Origin: Chamaesiphon sp.
GTDB taxonomy: Bacteria; Cyanobacteriota; Cyanobacteriia; Cyanobacteriales; Chamaesiphonaceae
Reading direction: 5' to 3'
DNA length: 64,000 bases
NCBI GenBank assembly: GCA_965246715.1
Contig: CBDFFH010000029.1
Coordinates: 82,687-146,686 of the forward strand
A model generated the notes under the pieces. It was given only the letters and a program-made list of their open reading frames with translations. It was not told the DNA's origin and made no database searches. The translations under genes were made by a program, and so were the position numbers. This document shows positions 11,189 through 22,788 of this stretch, piece after piece (the stretch's first letter is position 1; the number at the start of each line of letters is the position of its first letter).

Positions 11189-13105
11189 ATGGCTATGCAC
11201 CTAAGTGAAATAACCCACCCGAACCAGTTACACGGCTTATCGGTTCGGCAGTTAGAGCAAATCGCTCTGGAAATCAGAGAAAAACATCTTCAGACCGTAG
11301 CTGCTAGTGGCGGTCATTTAGCACCAGGGTTAGGTGTTGTCGAACTCACCCTCGCACTGTATCAAACTTTAGATCTCGATCGAGACAAAGTGGTATGGGA
11401 TGTGGGCCACCAAGCTTATCCCCATAAATTAATCACTGGGAGATACAATCGTTTTCATACCCTACGCCAGAAGAATGGCATTGCGGGGTATCTCAAACGC
11501 GGTGAGAGTAAATTCGACCATTTTGGTGCAGGACATGCCTCTACGAGCATTTCTGCAGCGCTAGGGATGGCGATCGCTCGCGACCTCAAAGGCGAACACT
11601 TTAAATGTGTGGCGGTGATCGGGGATGGTGCGCTCACAGGTGGGATGGCCTTAGAAGCGATCGATCATGCCGGACATTTACCCAAAACTAATCTATTGGT
11701 GGTCTTAAACGATAACGAGATGTCGATCTCGGCCAATGTTGGTGCGATTCCTCGTTATTTGAATAAACTCCGTGTCAGTGCGCCCATTCAGTTCCTGAGC
11801 GATAACATCGAGGAGCAGCTCAAAAATATTCCCTTTGTCGGCGAGACGATCTCGCCCGAACTCGCGCGCGTCAAGGAAGGGATGAAACGCTTGGCAGTGC
11901 CCAAAGTGGGTGCCGTATTTGAAGAATTAGGCTTTACTTATATCGGCCCTGTAGACGGCCACAATTTAGAAGAATTAATTAGTACCTTTCAAGGCGCACA
12001 CAAACATCCCGGCCCCGTCATGGTACACGTCGTGACCAAGAAAGGCAAAGGATACGCGATCGCCGAAAAAGACCAAGTTGGTTATCACGCTCAAAGTCCC
12101 TTTAATCTCGCCACTGGCAAAGGTGCTCCGGCAACAAAGCCCAAACCACCGACCTATTCCAAGGTATTTGCTGATACGCTGATTACCCTGGCCGAACAAA
12201 ACCCAAATATTGTCGCAATTACCGCTGCGATGGGTACGGGAACTGGCTTAGATAAGTTTCAGGATAAGTTGCCCAAACAGTATATCGATGTGGGGATTGC
12301 CGAGCAACATGCGATTACCCTCGCCGCTGGACTAGCAACTGAAGGAATGCGCCCTGTGGCCGCGATTTATTCCACCTTCTTGCAACGAGCATTCGATCAA
12401 ATCGTACATGATGCTTGTATCCAGCATCTGCCGGTGTTCTTCTGTCTCGATCGAGCTGGAATCGTCGGTGCTGATGGCCCAACCCACCAAGGGATGTATG
12501 ATATCGCTTATATGCGATGTATCCCCAATATGGTGCTAATGGCTCCCAAGGATGAGGGCGAATTGCAGCGGATGATCGTCACGGGAATTAATTATACCGA
12601 TGGCCCGATCGCGATGCGTTATCCACGCGGGAATGGTTATGGCGTACCATTAATGGAAGAAGGCTGGGAAGATCTGCCGATCGGTAAAGCGGAAATCCTC
12701 CGTCAAGGTGACGATGTATTAATGATTGCCTACGGCTCAATGGTACATCCTACTTTACAAGCCGCTCAACTCCTCAGCGAACACGGTATTTCGGCAACGG
12801 TGATCAATGCTAGATTTGCGAAGCCACTCGACACCGAACTATTTGCGCCACTAGCTAAAAGTATCGGCAGGGTAGTAACAGTAGAAGAAGGTTGTCTGAT
12901 GGGTGGTTTCGGTTCGGCAATCGCCGAAGCACTACTGGATCTCAATGTGGTGGTACCCATCAAACGCATCGGCGTACCAGATATCTTGGTAGAACACGCT
13001 ACTCCCGATGAATCGCTTGATAGCCTGGGTCTGACGAGTCCGCAAATTGCTGAAACAGTGCGGAATCGATTCTTTACACAGAAGCCTGTCGCTGTCAGCG
13101 TCTAA
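11189..13105 (+). CDS. dxs: 1-deoxy-D-xylulose-5-phosphate synthase
   Basis: [26 protein letters not shown] and [13 protein letters not shown] motifs. Confidence 0.98.
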   Translation: MAMHLSEITHPNQLHGLSVRQLEQIALEIREKHLQTVAASGGHLAPGLGVVELTLALYQTLDLDRDKVVWDVGHQAYPHKLITGRYNRFHTLRQKNGIAGYLKRGESKFDHFGAGHASTSISAALGMAIARDLKGEHFKCVAVIGDGALTGGMALEAIDHAGHLPKTNLLVVLNDNEMSISANVGAIPRYLNKLRVSAPIQFLSDNIEEQLKNIPFVGETISPELARVKEGMKRLAVPKVGAVFEELGFTYIGPVDGHNLEELISTFQGAHKHPGPVMVHVVTKKGKGYAIAEKDQVGYHAQSPFNLATGKGAPATKPKPPTYSKVFADTLITLAEQNPNIVAITAAMGTGTGLDKFQDKLPKQYIDVGIAEQHAITLAAGLATEGMRPVAAIYSTFLQRAFDQIVHDACIQHLPVFFCLDRAGIVGADGPTHQGMYDIAYMRCIPNMVLMAPKDEGELQRMIVTGINYTDGPIAMRYPRGNGYGVPLMEEGWEDLPIGKAEILRQGDDVLMIAYGSMVHPTLQAAQLLSEHGISATVINARFAKPLDTELFAPLAKSIGRVVTVEEGCLMGGFGSAIAEALLDLNVVVPIKRIGVPDILVEHATPDESLDSLGLTSPQIAETVRNRFFTQKPVAVSV

Positions 13106-13113
13106 AGGCCAAA

Positions 13114-13145
13114 GTGAGGATGGTGGGTATCGCTACCATCCTCAC
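13114..13145 (+). terminator. Hairpin after dxs
   Basis: GTGAGGATGGT / ACCATCCTCAC inverted repeat 8 nt after the stop; no strong U-tract. Confidence 0.55.
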
Positions 13146-13317
13146 AGCTTCTAAGCAGATTGGGCTTTGAGGTATCGCGATCGATTCGAAACTCGATCGC
13201 GATTTATACTCATCGGCGAAAGTTCACAGCTAATTTTTGTGATAATGTATTCAGATTAGTTTCTTTTTGGTGCGAATTATGAGACAAGGGTAATTAAACG
13301 CGATCTTCAGCAAATTC

Positions 13318-13641
13318 ATGAAATACCTGAAAATATTACCCATCTTAAGTATTCTTGCCCTTCCTGTGGCGGCAGTAGCTCAATATCCGATTATTTTTAA
13401 TCACGTCAAGTTTGTTTCGATGACCCAAGACGCTTGTATTAGGCGATCGGCAGTAGCAGTTAAAACAACTGGTTTCGATCGTAATTTTGAGCTAATTGGC
13501 GATGGATCCTTTGCTGTTAACGGGGAATACAGTGTCTCGGTGCGCTGTGAAATGTCGCGAGGCGTGGTGTTTTTTGCGGTAGCAGGCCCCGATAATGATA
13601 CTGCTAGTAAACTCGTTGACAAGGTACAAAATGCTTTTTAA
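13318..13641 (+). CDS. Small secreted hypothetical protein
   Basis: Signal peptide (MKYLKILPILSILALPVAAVA) and two Cys. Confidence 0.75.
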   Translation: MKYLKILPILSILALPVAAVAQYPIIFNHVKFVSMTQDACIRRSAVAVKTTGFDRNFELIGDGSFAVNGEYSVSVRCEMSRGVVFFAVAGPDNDTASKLVDKVQNAF

Positions 13642-13806
13642 AATCGACGATCGAACATATTCGATATATACCCTGGCAAGGAAGATCGACTAGCACAAAT
13701 CTAACCGATCGCGCTTTGACACTCACCAGTCACTTCAATGGAGCTTCGGTAAATACTACCGTAATGCCACACCATCTGGCTCGATCGAGTGGCAGATAAT
13801 TGAGGT

Positions 13807-15126
13807 ATGAGTGCCTTCATTCCCCTACCGATCGTGCCAAACCAAACTGAATCCTCATCAACTACTCCCGAACCCAAGTCAGGATTGGATGCCTGGAAAG
13901 AACGCCTAACGGGTGGCTGGAATGCCACGACTGAAAAAGCATTGCAAATATTACCTGTCGATAAAGCCGCCCAAACCGTGACACAGTGGTTTAGCGTCGA
14001 TGATGCTCGGGTAGCAGAGATTCTAGCATCGGTGCGCGAAAAATTACCCACAACAGAAGCCTTGCTCGTTGGTAAACCACAAGCGGGGAAAAGTTCGATC
14101 GTCCGTGGATTGACGGGGGTTTCGGCGGAAATTGTCGGACAGGGATTTCGGCCGCATACGCAATCTACCGAGCGATATGCTTATCCTTCGAGCGAATTAC
14201 CGTTATTGGTATTTACCGATACTGTCGGCTTAGGAGATATCGATCGAGATACCCAAAGTTTGATTAAAGAGCTAGTTAGCGATCTCGAAGCCGAAACTAA
14301 TCGCGCGCGCATCATCATTCTGACAGTTAAAATCAACGACTTTGCGATCGATACCCTCCGCCAAATCGCCAAAGAATTACGCCAAAAATATCCTCAAATT
14401 CCTTGCTTGCTGGCAGTGACATGCTCGCACGAAGTTTATCCCGCCACCCAAATCGAGCATCCCGATTATCCACCCCAATTGACATCAGTCGATCGCGCCT
14501 TCTCAGCCATCCAGCAGGCGTTTACAGGTCTATTCGATCGAGCTGTGCTCATCGACTTCACATTACCAGAGGATGGCTTCACGCCCGAATTTTATGGCTT
14601 GGAGAAGATGCGTGAGACACTCGCAGATCTTCTCCCAGAAGCCGAATCGAGAGCGATCTATCAATTACTCGATCGTGAGTCTGGTGCAGAGCTTGGCAAT
14701 ATCTATCGCGATGTCGCTCGCCGTTATATGCTCCCATTTTCGATCGCCGCTGCGACAATTGCCGCTATCCCCTTCCCCTTCGCCGATTTACCCGTACTCA
14801 CGGCGATTCAAGTATCGATGGTGGGGCTATTGGGTAAATTATACGGTCAAACCTTAACTCCATCGCAAGCTGGGGGTGTCGTGAGTGCGATCGCGGGTGG
14901 ATTTGTCGCACAGCTAGTCGCCCGTCAGTTAATCAAGTTTATCCCTGGTTTTGGCAGCGTTATCTCCGCATCCTGGGCAGCGGCTTACACTTGGGCGCTC
15001 GGTGAAGGCGCTTGCGTATATTTCGGCGATCTGATGGGCGGTAAAAAGCCCGATCCGCAACAAATTCAAGCGGTGATGAGTGAGGCTTTTAGTAATGCCA
15101 AGGAAAGATTTAAGTTCAGTGGTTAG
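13807..15126 (+). CDS. YcjF-like P-loop GTPase with C-terminal DUF697 domain
   Basis: GKPQAGKSS and DTVG motifs; AAIPFPFADLPVL and KFIPGFGS. Confidence 0.85.
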   Translation: MSAFIPLPIVPNQTESSSTTPEPKSGLDAWKERLTGGWNATTEKALQILPVDKAAQTVTQWFSVDDARVAEILASVREKLPTTEALLVGKPQAGKSSIVRGLTGVSAEIVGQGFRPHTQSTERYAYPSSELPLLVFTDTVGLGDIDRDTQSLIKELVSDLEAETNRARIIILTVKINDFAIDTLRQIAKELRQKYPQIPCLLAVTCSHEVYPATQIEHPDYPPQLTSVDRAFSAIQQAFTGLFDRAVLIDFTLPEDGFTPEFYGLEKMRETLADLLPEAESRAIYQLLDRESGAELGNIYRDVARRYMLPFSIAAATIAAIPFPFADLPVLTAIQVSMVGLLGKLYGQTLTPSQAGGVVSAIAGGFVAQLVARQLIKFIPGFGSVISASWAAAYTWALGEGACVYFGDLMGGKKPDPQQIQAVMSEAFSNAKERFKFSG

Positions 15127-15203
15127 TTACTATTTAAGGAATTACAGAATTATCTGCTTGAATTAAATCTCGTAGCAGATGGGAAAGAAAAAGACATATT
15201 TTA

Positions 15204-15440
15204 ACGTGAGTTCGGGTTAAAGATGTCCACTTAATGACTCCTAGCTTCGTTTCTGAACCGCCCTCAAATGAATTTGGGGCTAAAAGCAAAAGTTCTCTGA
15301 AGAGAACTGCCCAATTGATTAGTTCGTTGAAACGAACTTTTGCTTTTAGCCCGTTGGCGTAGCCTTTCGGAACGAAACACTTATAGTTCAGGGCGGTGAT
15401 TGAGCGAAGCAGATCGATTTTCCTTATCCCGAACTCACAT
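15204..15440. mobile_element. MITE/REPIN-like element, type CCGCCCTCAAATGAAT, with a ~24-nt nested insertion
   Basis: Same TIR as the other copies; flanks TATTTTA/TATGTTA; similar to 37879 and 49216 copies. Confidence 0.85.
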
Positions 15441-15448
15441 TATGTTAT

Positions 15449-16360
15449 TTATTTGGAACTAACAGCATTAAGTTCTGCCTTGCGGGATCTATGCTTGAGC
15501 ATGATACTTACGCCGAAAAAACCTAATAGTGTGCCAATGACAGATGAAGGTTCGGGTACGGCTGTTGCAGTTGTAATGGAGCTTGCCGCACCAGAGATGT
15601 CTCCGGTAAGCCCCGTAATACTTCTGGATGAAATCACTCCCCCTACTGAGTTGAGTGTTAACTGAGTTCCACCGCTGGTATAACCATATAGTGTTCCGTT
15701 TTCGATCGCGAGTCCATACACATTGGCAACACCAATATTCCCAAGCTGGGTAGCAGCTCCAGTGCTGGGATCGATCGAGAATAACGTACTATTATTTGGA
15801 ATTACAGATGTTGCGAAAAATTTGTTAGTTACCGGATCGAAGGCGATATCACCAGCACTACTAAAGCTAGCGTTGTTGCTGACAAAGCTAGCAAATCCAG
15901 TAGTGGGGTCGATCTTATAGAAACTGTTTAAGTTACTGATATTATTTGGGTCACTGACTGGAGAAACAGGTCTCCCAGTTCCATATAGTTGGTTATTTTT
16001 GTCAAACCCTAGCCCATTGATAAAAAAACCGCCATTAGGATCGTTAGGACTAGTCGGGCCAACTTTTGTTGATGTCCCTGTAATTCGATTGATTCGATAA
16101 AGTTCGCTAGGATTGCCAAAGCGAGTCCCGAACAGGTTGCCATTACTATCTAAAGCGATGTCAGCAAAAGCAGGAGTGCCATTAATTACAAATGGAGTAT
16201 ATATTCCATTTGAGACATTAACATCTCCAACAGATCCCACTGTTCCAGAAGATGATATTGTCGAAATAATTACGGCTCTTGCTGGTAGCACCGTAACGAT
16301 CGACCCGCCAATTACCATTATTGCAGTAGCAACTGATGTAAAATTTTTAAAGATTGACAT
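15449..16360 (-). CDS. PEP-CTERM sorting-domain exported protein (beta-propeller-like repeats)
   Basis: Signal peptide; C-terminal VPEPSS + TM helix + basic tail. Confidence 0.9.
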   Translation of the reverse strand: MSIFKNFTSVATAIMVIGGSIVTVLPARAVIISTISSSGTVGSVGDVNVSNGIYTPFVINGTPAFADIALDSNGNLFGTRFGNPSELYRINRITGTSTKVGPTSPNDPNGGFFINGLGFDKNNQLYGTGRPVSPVSDPNNISNLNSFYKIDPTTGFASFVSNNASFSSAGDIAFDPVTNKFFATSVIPNNSTLFSIDPSTGAATQLGNIGVANVYGLAIENGTLYGYTSGGTQLTLNSVGGVISSRSITGLTGDISGAASSITTATAVPEPSSVIGTLLGFFGVSIMLKHRSRKAELNAVSSK

Positions 16361-16697
16361 GTTAGCTTACCTAATATTTTGTCTGGTCTGAATTCAAATG
16401 TGACGCTTGTAAAAATCAGCGTCTTAAATCACAAAAGTGCTCAATCCACTTGGACTTAAGTTATATAGTTGGATTAATGTTATGTAATTAGGGTATTAGA
16501 AATAAATCGACAGTTAACTTGACATATCAATCAATAACACCGTAATCTAAATATTACTCGAACTCAATCGAAATCGACTTGAGCTATTTAGCTGAATTAT
16601 TTAGCTTTTATTGGTGGCAGGTAAAATATCGCACTAAAATTAGCATTGTCTGTGTCAAAAGTGATAAATTTAGAATATAAATAACGATCGCGTTGCC

Positions 16698-17417
16698 ATG
16701 CTAGCTGGCATGAAATATTCTTACTATAATTTTTCAGATTTTCTCAGGCGACCGAACGGAACAGCCGATTCTCTCGATCGACATCCGAGCGATATCGAAA
16801 TTATTCAGGATACCTGGAAAGGCTTAGATATTTTAGTAGAAGATGAAGTAGCAAAGTCAATATTGGAAGTAGTTGTCGCCAAAGATCTGCGATCGCCAAT
16901 TCGGATTTTACCGATCGGTTCTGCTACCGCAGTGATGCGGCAGCTTGCCGTGAGATATAAAGCTACCAGATATGCGAGAAATAATGTAGCCGAAGTCTGT
17001 GCATTTTTAGATGGAGATATGTCATTACAGGAGCCAGCACAGATTAAGCAATTTATGAATACGCTGGAGAATCCTTACGAACGAAAAGAAGCCCGATCCT
17101 GGCTGGACAAACGTTTGCTATTTCTACCCGGTCGTACGTGGCCGGAAGCATGGATTATCAACCCTAGAGATCGACAACATTTTTATGCGCGATTTAAGCA
17201 AGAGCTAAATATCTCGATAAGTGAAGTTGACAATCTATTTACTGCTGCATCTAATGCTGACAAACATCATGAATTGTCAGCGATCGCAGCTATGCTAAAA
17301 CTCGATCGCCTCATCGTCACAAAGTACCTCATTGAGAGTGCATTTGAATCTGCACCAGTAGAATCGAGCGAAATTATCGATGCGATCGAGCGATTAATTG
17401 GCTGCCCGCAGTGCTAA
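16698..17417 (+). CDS. Stand-alone TOPRIM-like domain protein (resembles the C-terminal half of OLD-type ATPase-nucleases)
   Basis: ILVEDEVA, LPIGS, FLDGD and LPGRTWPE motifs; no Walker A. Confidence 0.6.
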   Translation: MLAGMKYSYYNFSDFLRRPNGTADSLDRHPSDIEIIQDTWKGLDILVEDEVAKSILEVVVAKDLRSPIRILPIGSATAVMRQLAVRYKATRYARNNVAEVCAFLDGDMSLQEPAQIKQFMNTLENPYERKEARSWLDKRLLFLPGRTWPEAWIINPRDRQHFYARFKQELNISISEVDNLFTAASNADKHHELSAIAAMLKLDRLIVTKYLIESAFESAPVESSEIIDAIERLIGCPQC

Positions 17418-17477
17418 ATCCGATCGTGGATAGCCGGAGCTTTTTAATTATATTCAGCAAGAAAGCGAGCCGTTTAG

Positions 17478-18509
17478 CTACAACATCGGTAGATCTAGGC
17501 GGGGATTGAAGGTTTCGATATCGCGTAACTTTTGATAGAGTTCGCGTTCGACTGGAAGTAGAGTTTTTGGGACGACGATTTGGATTTCTAGTAATTGGTC
17601 GCCGCGCCTACCATCTTCACCAGGAAATCCCTTGCCAGCAAGACGCAATTTTTGCCCGGAGATAATGCTAGCAGGCAGGCTGATTTTAACTAAACCGTCG
17701 AGTGTTGGCACTTCAACAAATCCGCCTAAGACAGCTTCTGCGGGAGTAACCGGAAGTTGACAATAGACATCGATGCCTTCGAGTTTGAAGAACTGGTGTG
17801 GGGAGACATTAATTTTTAGATAGAGGTCGCCGCCAGCGATACCCTGTCCTCGGAGGCGAATTTTTTGACCAGAAATCAAGCCAGGGGGCATATCTACTTC
17901 TAGCGAGCGACCATCCTCTTGAATGGTAATCCGTTCGCGTCCGCCCAGATAAGCTTTATCGAGTGGTAAGGTGAGTTCGGCTTCGAGATTTTTGGGGTGT
18001 GGTGGGGCTGATTCGGTAAAGGTTTTGCGGGAGCTGGTGCGCTCTGCTGCTTCGGGTGCGCGGCGCTCGGTAGTCCGATCTCGCGGACTTTGGCGATTTT
18101 CGTTCCGGGTGGATCGATCGCTATTATTACCGGTCGTTACTTCTTTTTTGCGTCCTAAAAGTCGATCGATAAAGGTGTTGAAATCATCGTTAAAATCTTC
18201 ATCTGGCGCTCTTTCTCTAGGCGTATTATTGGACGCTGGCTTGTTGCGATTTCTGCGCCAAAAGCCTGTAAATTTATCGTATTGCGATCGCTTAGAGCTA
18301 TCCGATAAGACTTCATAGGCTTCGCTGACATCTTTAAATTTATCTTCAGCAGCTTTATCGCCGGGATTGAGATCGGGATGATATTTTCGCGCCATGCGTC
18401 GAAAAGCTTGTTTGATCTCATCGGCGGAGGCATCCCGCGTCACACCCAATAGTTCGTAATAATTGCGAATATCTTGCTGCATGGTTTCAGAATTCGGGGT
18501 TGGGGTCAA
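17478..18509 (-). CDS. dnaJ: DnaJ class II / CbpA-like co-chaperone
   Basis: J domain with HPD; C-terminal substrate-binding domain; no Zn finger. Confidence 0.92.
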   Translation of the reverse strand: MTPTPNSETMQQDIRNYYELLGVTRDASADEIKQAFRRMARKYHPDLNPGDKAAEDKFKDVSEAYEVLSDSSKRSQYDKFTGFWRRNRNKPASNNTPRERAPDEDFNDDFNTFIDRLLGRKKEVTTGNNSDRSTRNENRQSPRDRTTERRAPEAAERTSSRKTFTESAPPHPKNLEAELTLPLDKAYLGGRERITIQEDGRSLEVDMPPGLISGQKIRLRGQGIAGGDLYLKINVSPHQFFKLEGIDVYCQLPVTPAEAVLGGFVEVPTLDGLVKISLPASIISGQKLRLAGKGFPGEDGRRGDQLLEIQIVVPKTLLPVERELYQKLRDIETFNPRLDLPML

Positions 18510-18605
18510 AGGTGAGGGGGTGAGAGGGTAAGGGGGTGAACAAAGGCGATCTCGAACTCCAGCTCCCCATTCATTTTCCTAGTCCCCTAGTTTCCAAGTT
18601 CCCTA

Positions 18606-21182
18606 TTAGTACCATTCATCGTCATCGTCATCCCAATCATCGCGAATCGGTTGAGTAGTAGGTGAATTAGGACGACGCGTGGGGGGATTGGTTTCGGATC
18701 TGGCGCGACGAACTTCGCGGCGATCTTCTAACTCATCAGGATAACGAGGATTGCGCTCTTCTGGTGGGAGCGAGCGCGCGTTATTTGGACGGTTATCTGA
18801 GGAATTGGTGTTACGCGATGGCGAGCGCGGTACTGATGGATCTACCTCCCGCCGCGAGGCTGAGGGATTGCGATCGTCATCCCATCGATCGCGTTGTGGT
18901 GGTTGCGGAGTATCATCTACATAGTCATTATCGCGTTGACTGGATCGATCTAAATAATTGTCATTAGCCTGGGGACGACGGGAGTTATTTTCATCTCGGC
19001 GCGGTGTGGGATAACGTTCATCGCGCGTATAACGCTCTTCATAATCGCGGTTACTATTGGAATTAGAGCGTGGATTGGTGCGATCGCGACGCGGCTGTGA
19101 GAGCGAATCATCACTGCGGCGATCTCTAGTCGGCTCGTTGTACGGATCTCTAGGCCGATCGAATCCCTGGTTATAATCGGGTCGGCGGTTGTAGTCTTGC
19201 GGTGGGAGCGCCCCGCCTCTGGAATAGTCGTTGTAGTAAGGATCGCGTTGGTTGCCATAAGTGTTATATGGATCGCGGTTATTATAGTTATCGCGATAAC
19301 TGTAGTCATCGTCATCGCCGACAAAAATCTCCTTGAGCGTACCCAAGATTCCTTTATCTTCTTCCTCTGTTAGCGTTCGTACCTGACGGCTAAAATCATA
19401 CAGTGCTTCATCTAGCTCGGTTTTGATTTCGTCAATCAGTCGTTCGTCACCATCGGCTAGCGCTTCCCGGATTTCGCGCACCAAGCCTTCGATTTGTTTG
19501 CGTTGCGCGTTAGCAAACTGCATCCCAAATTCCAGCGCGACTTCGCGCAATTGGCGTTCGGCTTGATAGGATAAGGCTTCTGCACGATTGCGTTTATCGA
19601 CTTTTTCCCGCTTTTGTTTGTCACTGGCGGCAAACTGGGCTGCTTCATCGATCGCCCGCTGGACTTCGAGGTCGCCTAATGTAGACGCACCTTGAATCGT
19701 CACGGTTTGTTCGCGCCCAGTGGTACGATCCATCGCCGTCACCTGCAGAATACCATTGGCATCGATATCAAGGGAGACTTGCACCTGCGGAATCCCCTTC
19801 GGTGCTGGCGGAATCCCGGTGAGCTTAAATCTACCCAGCGATTTGTTATCATTGGCCATTTCCCGCTCGCCTTGCACCACATGGACTTCCACCATCGTCT
19901 GGTTGTTTTCGGAGGTGGAAAAGATATCCGATCGCCGGACGGGAATGGTCGTATTGCGTGGGATCAGTTTTTTCATGACACCACCAATTGTCTCCAAGCC
20001 CAAGGAGAGGGGTGTCACATCGAGCAGGAGAATATCTTTGACTTCGCCTGCCAATACCCCCGCTTGAATTGCTGCACCGACAGCGACGACTTCATCGGGG
20101 TTGACGTTTTGATTGGGGCGGCGGTTGATAAAACTCCGCACTAACTCCTGAACGGCGGGAATCCGCGTCGAGCCGCCGACTAAGACGACCTCATCGATAT
20201 CTTCAGGACTTAATTGGGCATCATTCATCGCCCTTTTAATCGGCCCTCGCAGCCGCCCGATCAGATCGGCACATAACTCTTCAAATTGAGCGCGTGTCAG
20301 CCGCGTTTCGATGTGTTTGGGACCATCGGCAGTCGCAGTGATAAAGGGGAGATTGATATCTGTTACCATCACCCCAGAGAGTTCAATTTTCGCTTTCTCC
20401 GCCGCTTCGGTCAGCCGTTGCAGCGATTGCCGTTCCTTGCGGAGATCGATATTTTCATCAGCTAGAAATTTGTCTGCCAGCCAATCGACAATCTTGCGAT
20501 CGAAATCCATCCCCCCTAGTTGCACGTCGCCACTAGTCGCCTTGACCTGAAACACGCCATCGCCGACTTCTAACACCGACACGTCAAAAGTCCCGCCACC
20601 CAAGTCAAAAGCTAAAATTAGCTCGCTCTGGCGTTTATCCAATCCGTAAGCCAGCGACGCTGCCGTCGGCTCATTCAAAATTCGCAAGACATCTAATCCC
20701 GCAATTTTGCCAGCATTTTTCGTCGCTTGGCGTTGGGAGTCATTGAAGTAAGCAGGTACGGTAATTACGGCACCAGTCACGGGTTCGCCTAGATATCTAC
20801 TTGCTTCATCGGCAAGTTTTTGCAAAATCATCGCCGAAATTTCTTCCGGCGCATACTCGCGATTTTGTTTGGGACATTTAATTTTGACATTTCCATCTTC
20901 ATCTTTGCGGATGGTGAAGGGCACTTGTTTGGCCTTGGAGCTGAGTTCCCCGTATTTGCGCCCCATAAAGCGCTTAACCCCATAAAATGTATTTTGGGGA
21001 TTGAGTTCGGTTTGTCGCCGTGCCATCTGCCCGACGAGGCGTTCGCCGTCTTTACTGAAACCAACGACGGAGGGAGTGGTGCGCATACCTTCGGCGTTGG
21101 CAATTACCACTGGTTTTCCACCTTCCATGACGGCTACCACTGAATTGGTGGTACCCAGGTCGATGCCTACTACTTTACCCAT
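18606..21182 (-). CDS. dnaK: Hsp70 chaperone DnaK (DnaK3 type, long acidic C-terminal tail)
   Basis: [17 protein letters not shown] and DLGGGTFD motifs; tail ends [11 protein letters not shown]. Confidence 0.97.
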   Translation of the reverse strand: MGKVVGIDLGTTNSVVAVMEGGKPVVIANAEGMRTTPSVVGFSKDGERLVGQMARRQTELNPQNTFYGVKRFMGRKYGELSSKAKQVPFTIRKDEDGNVKIKCPKQNREYAPEEISAMILQKLADEASRYLGEPVTGAVITVPAYFNDSQRQATKNAGKIAGLDVLRILNEPTAASLAYGLDKRQSELILAFDLGGGTFDVSVLEVGDGVFQVKATSGDVQLGGMDFDRKIVDWLADKFLADENIDLRKERQSLQRLTEAAEKAKIELSGVMVTDINLPFITATADGPKHIETRLTRAQFEELCADLIGRLRGPIKRAMNDAQLSPEDIDEVVLVGGSTRIPAVQELVRSFINRRPNQNVNPDEVVAVGAAIQAGVLAGEVKDILLLDVTPLSLGLETIGGVMKKLIPRNTTIPVRRSDIFSTSENNQTMVEVHVVQGEREMANDNKSLGRFKLTGIPPAPKGIPQVQVSLDIDANGILQVTAMDRTTGREQTVTIQGASTLGDLEVQRAIDEAAQFAASDKQKREKVDKRNRAEALSYQAERQLREVALEFGMQFANAQRKQIEGLVREIREALADGDERLIDEIKTELDEALYDFSRQVRTLTEEEDKGILGTLKEIFVGDDDDYSYRDNYNNRDPYNTYGNQRDPYYNDYSRGGALPPQDYNRRPDYNQGFDRPRDPYNEPTRDRRSDDSLSQPRRDRTNPRSNSNSNRDYEERYTRDERYPTPRRDENNSRRPQANDNYLDRSSQRDNDYVDDTPQPPQRDRWDDDRNPSASRREVDPSVPRSPSRNTNSSDNRPNNARSLPPEERNPRYPDELEDRREVRRARSETNPPTRRPNSPTTQPIRDDWDDDDDEWY

Positions 21183-21404
21183 CCGTTGCTTCCCTTAGTA
21201 TGACTAATTTGTCACAAATATTGGTTTTATTTTATCCGATCGCTCGATCGTTCAGGTGAGGATAGCACTACTTAGTGGCGAGTGACTAGTGGCTAGTAGC
21301 TGGCGACTAGTGAATAATGGATATTAATGGAAGAATCGCATCGGCAATCGATCGACGCACTTGCACGTTCCAAATACCAGCCACTAGTAGCTACTAAGAA
21401 ATAG

Positions 21405-21884
21405 ATGAACCTAGACGAACAAATCCAATCCCTGATCGATGGCGCGCCAGATCTTGAGAGCCGCGCGAGTGTAACGGCGATCGCTCCAATCTTACAACAG
21501 GTCGCCGCTACTTTACCCCAGCCAGAGTACTATATTTGTCAAAGTTCTCAAGGTGAATGGGAGCTAACTATCCTCCGCCATCGTCAGCAGCCTGACGTGG
21601 AAATTAAAGTTATTTATGCATTTACCAGCATTAAAGATCTAACTCGATTCAATCGTGGCAGATCGAATTCTGGGACGGCAGTCAAGATCCCGATCGTGCA
21701 GTTATTATTCGATCTCTTAGCATTTTCTGATATCGATCGAGCGATCTTTTTAAATGATTCCGATAATCTCGATCGCGGTCGTGAAATCTCGCGTCAGGAG
21801 TTGGAAAACTCGATCGTGTTGGAGTTGCAACAGCGAACTATGCCAGCGCAACAGACATCTAATTTGCCACCAGATGTCTGTTGA
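21405..21884 (+). CDS. Conserved-looking cyanobacterial hypothetical protein
   Basis: 159-aa ORF, MNLDEQIQSLIDGAP start, fills the gap divergent from dnaK. Confidence 0.7.
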   Translation: MNLDEQIQSLIDGAPDLESRASVTAIAPILQQVAATLPQPEYYICQSSQGEWELTILRHRQQPDVEIKVIYAFTSIKDLTRFNRGRSNSGTAVKIPIVQLLFDLLAFSDIDRAIFLNDSDNLDRGREISRQELENSIVLELQQRTMPAQQTSNLPPDVC

Positions 21885-21922
21885 CGATCCAAAAATTTCG
21901 GCAATTCTTTTAAAAATACCTA

Positions 21923-22095
21923 ACGTGAGTTCGGGTTAAGAAGAGCCTAGAGACTGGAAGTCTCGACTTGTGATGCAAAGTCCGCCTTCGCGGACTAGGA
22001 TATTAGTCCGCGAAGGCGGACTTTGCAGTGCTAGCCCCGATTTCAATCGGTGGCGGGACTCAATCGAAGCAAATATCCTTAACCCGATCTCACGT
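21923..22095. mobile_element. MITE/REPIN-like element, type GTCCGCCTTCGCGGAC, without nested inserts
   Basis: TIR pair; exact 6-bp direct repeat TACCTA on both sides. Confidence 0.88.
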
Positions 22096-22138
22096 TACCT
22101 AGCAAGATTACATATATACAGATCGCCCCAAATTTAGC

Positions 22139-22696
22139 TCACTTCTTAAATATCATGGCTCTGCCAAATGCCGGCCGCTCGGTTAACTTTTGCATATAAC
22201 TAACTACTGTTGGATATGCAGATAAATCTAGCTTGAGGAGTACTGGAATATAATTTAAAATTGCGCCGACGGCTACATCCGCAACACTAAATTCATCGCC
22301 CAATAGATATGGCTGGTTGCTAAATAGTTCGTTTAATGGAGTCATTAATTTAGGCAGCTCGCGCTCTCGATTCTCTTCACCAAAGATCCCAGGGCCTAAT
22401 GTTGCATTAGCAAATAACGTCCATTGCATTAAAATTGCTTCTTGCTCGATCGATCGATCGGGTTTGCCATATTTACGATCGAGATACAACAAAATTGCGC
22501 CAGATTCAGATAAAGCAAAATCACCATCAACGATCGTCGGTACCTTCCCAAACGGATTGAGTTTCAGAAAGTCGACTTGACGATGTTGGCCTGCGGACAT
22601 ATCCAACAGGATAAATTCATAGGGTATGGCTAATTCTTCTAAATACCACCGCACGATCGAAGCCCGACTCCGCGCACCACCATAAAGTTTAATCAT
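22139..22696 (-). CDS. Glutathione S-transferase
   Basis: LNPFGKVP, SESGAI and FSVADV motifs. Confidence 0.93.
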   Translation of the reverse strand: MIKLYGGARSRASIVRWYLEELAIPYEFILLDMSAGQHRQVDFLKLNPFGKVPTIVDGDFALSESGAILLYLDRKYGKPDRSIEQEAILMQWTLFANATLGPGIFGEENRERELPKLMTPLNELFSNQPYLLGDEFSVADVAVGAILNYIPVLLKLDLSAYPTVVSYMQKLTERPAFGRAMIFKK

Positions 22697-22788
22697 GTTA
22701 GTTATTTAATGTGACTATTTTTGCTCGAACTGACGATCGCTGTTACTCGCTTGTATCATATTACCGGATCCGAAAATATTCAGAATAT

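Noticed and set aside
19692..21143. Several plus-strand ORFs opposite dnaK
   Set aside because: Antisense shadows of a conserved gene; no independent motifs
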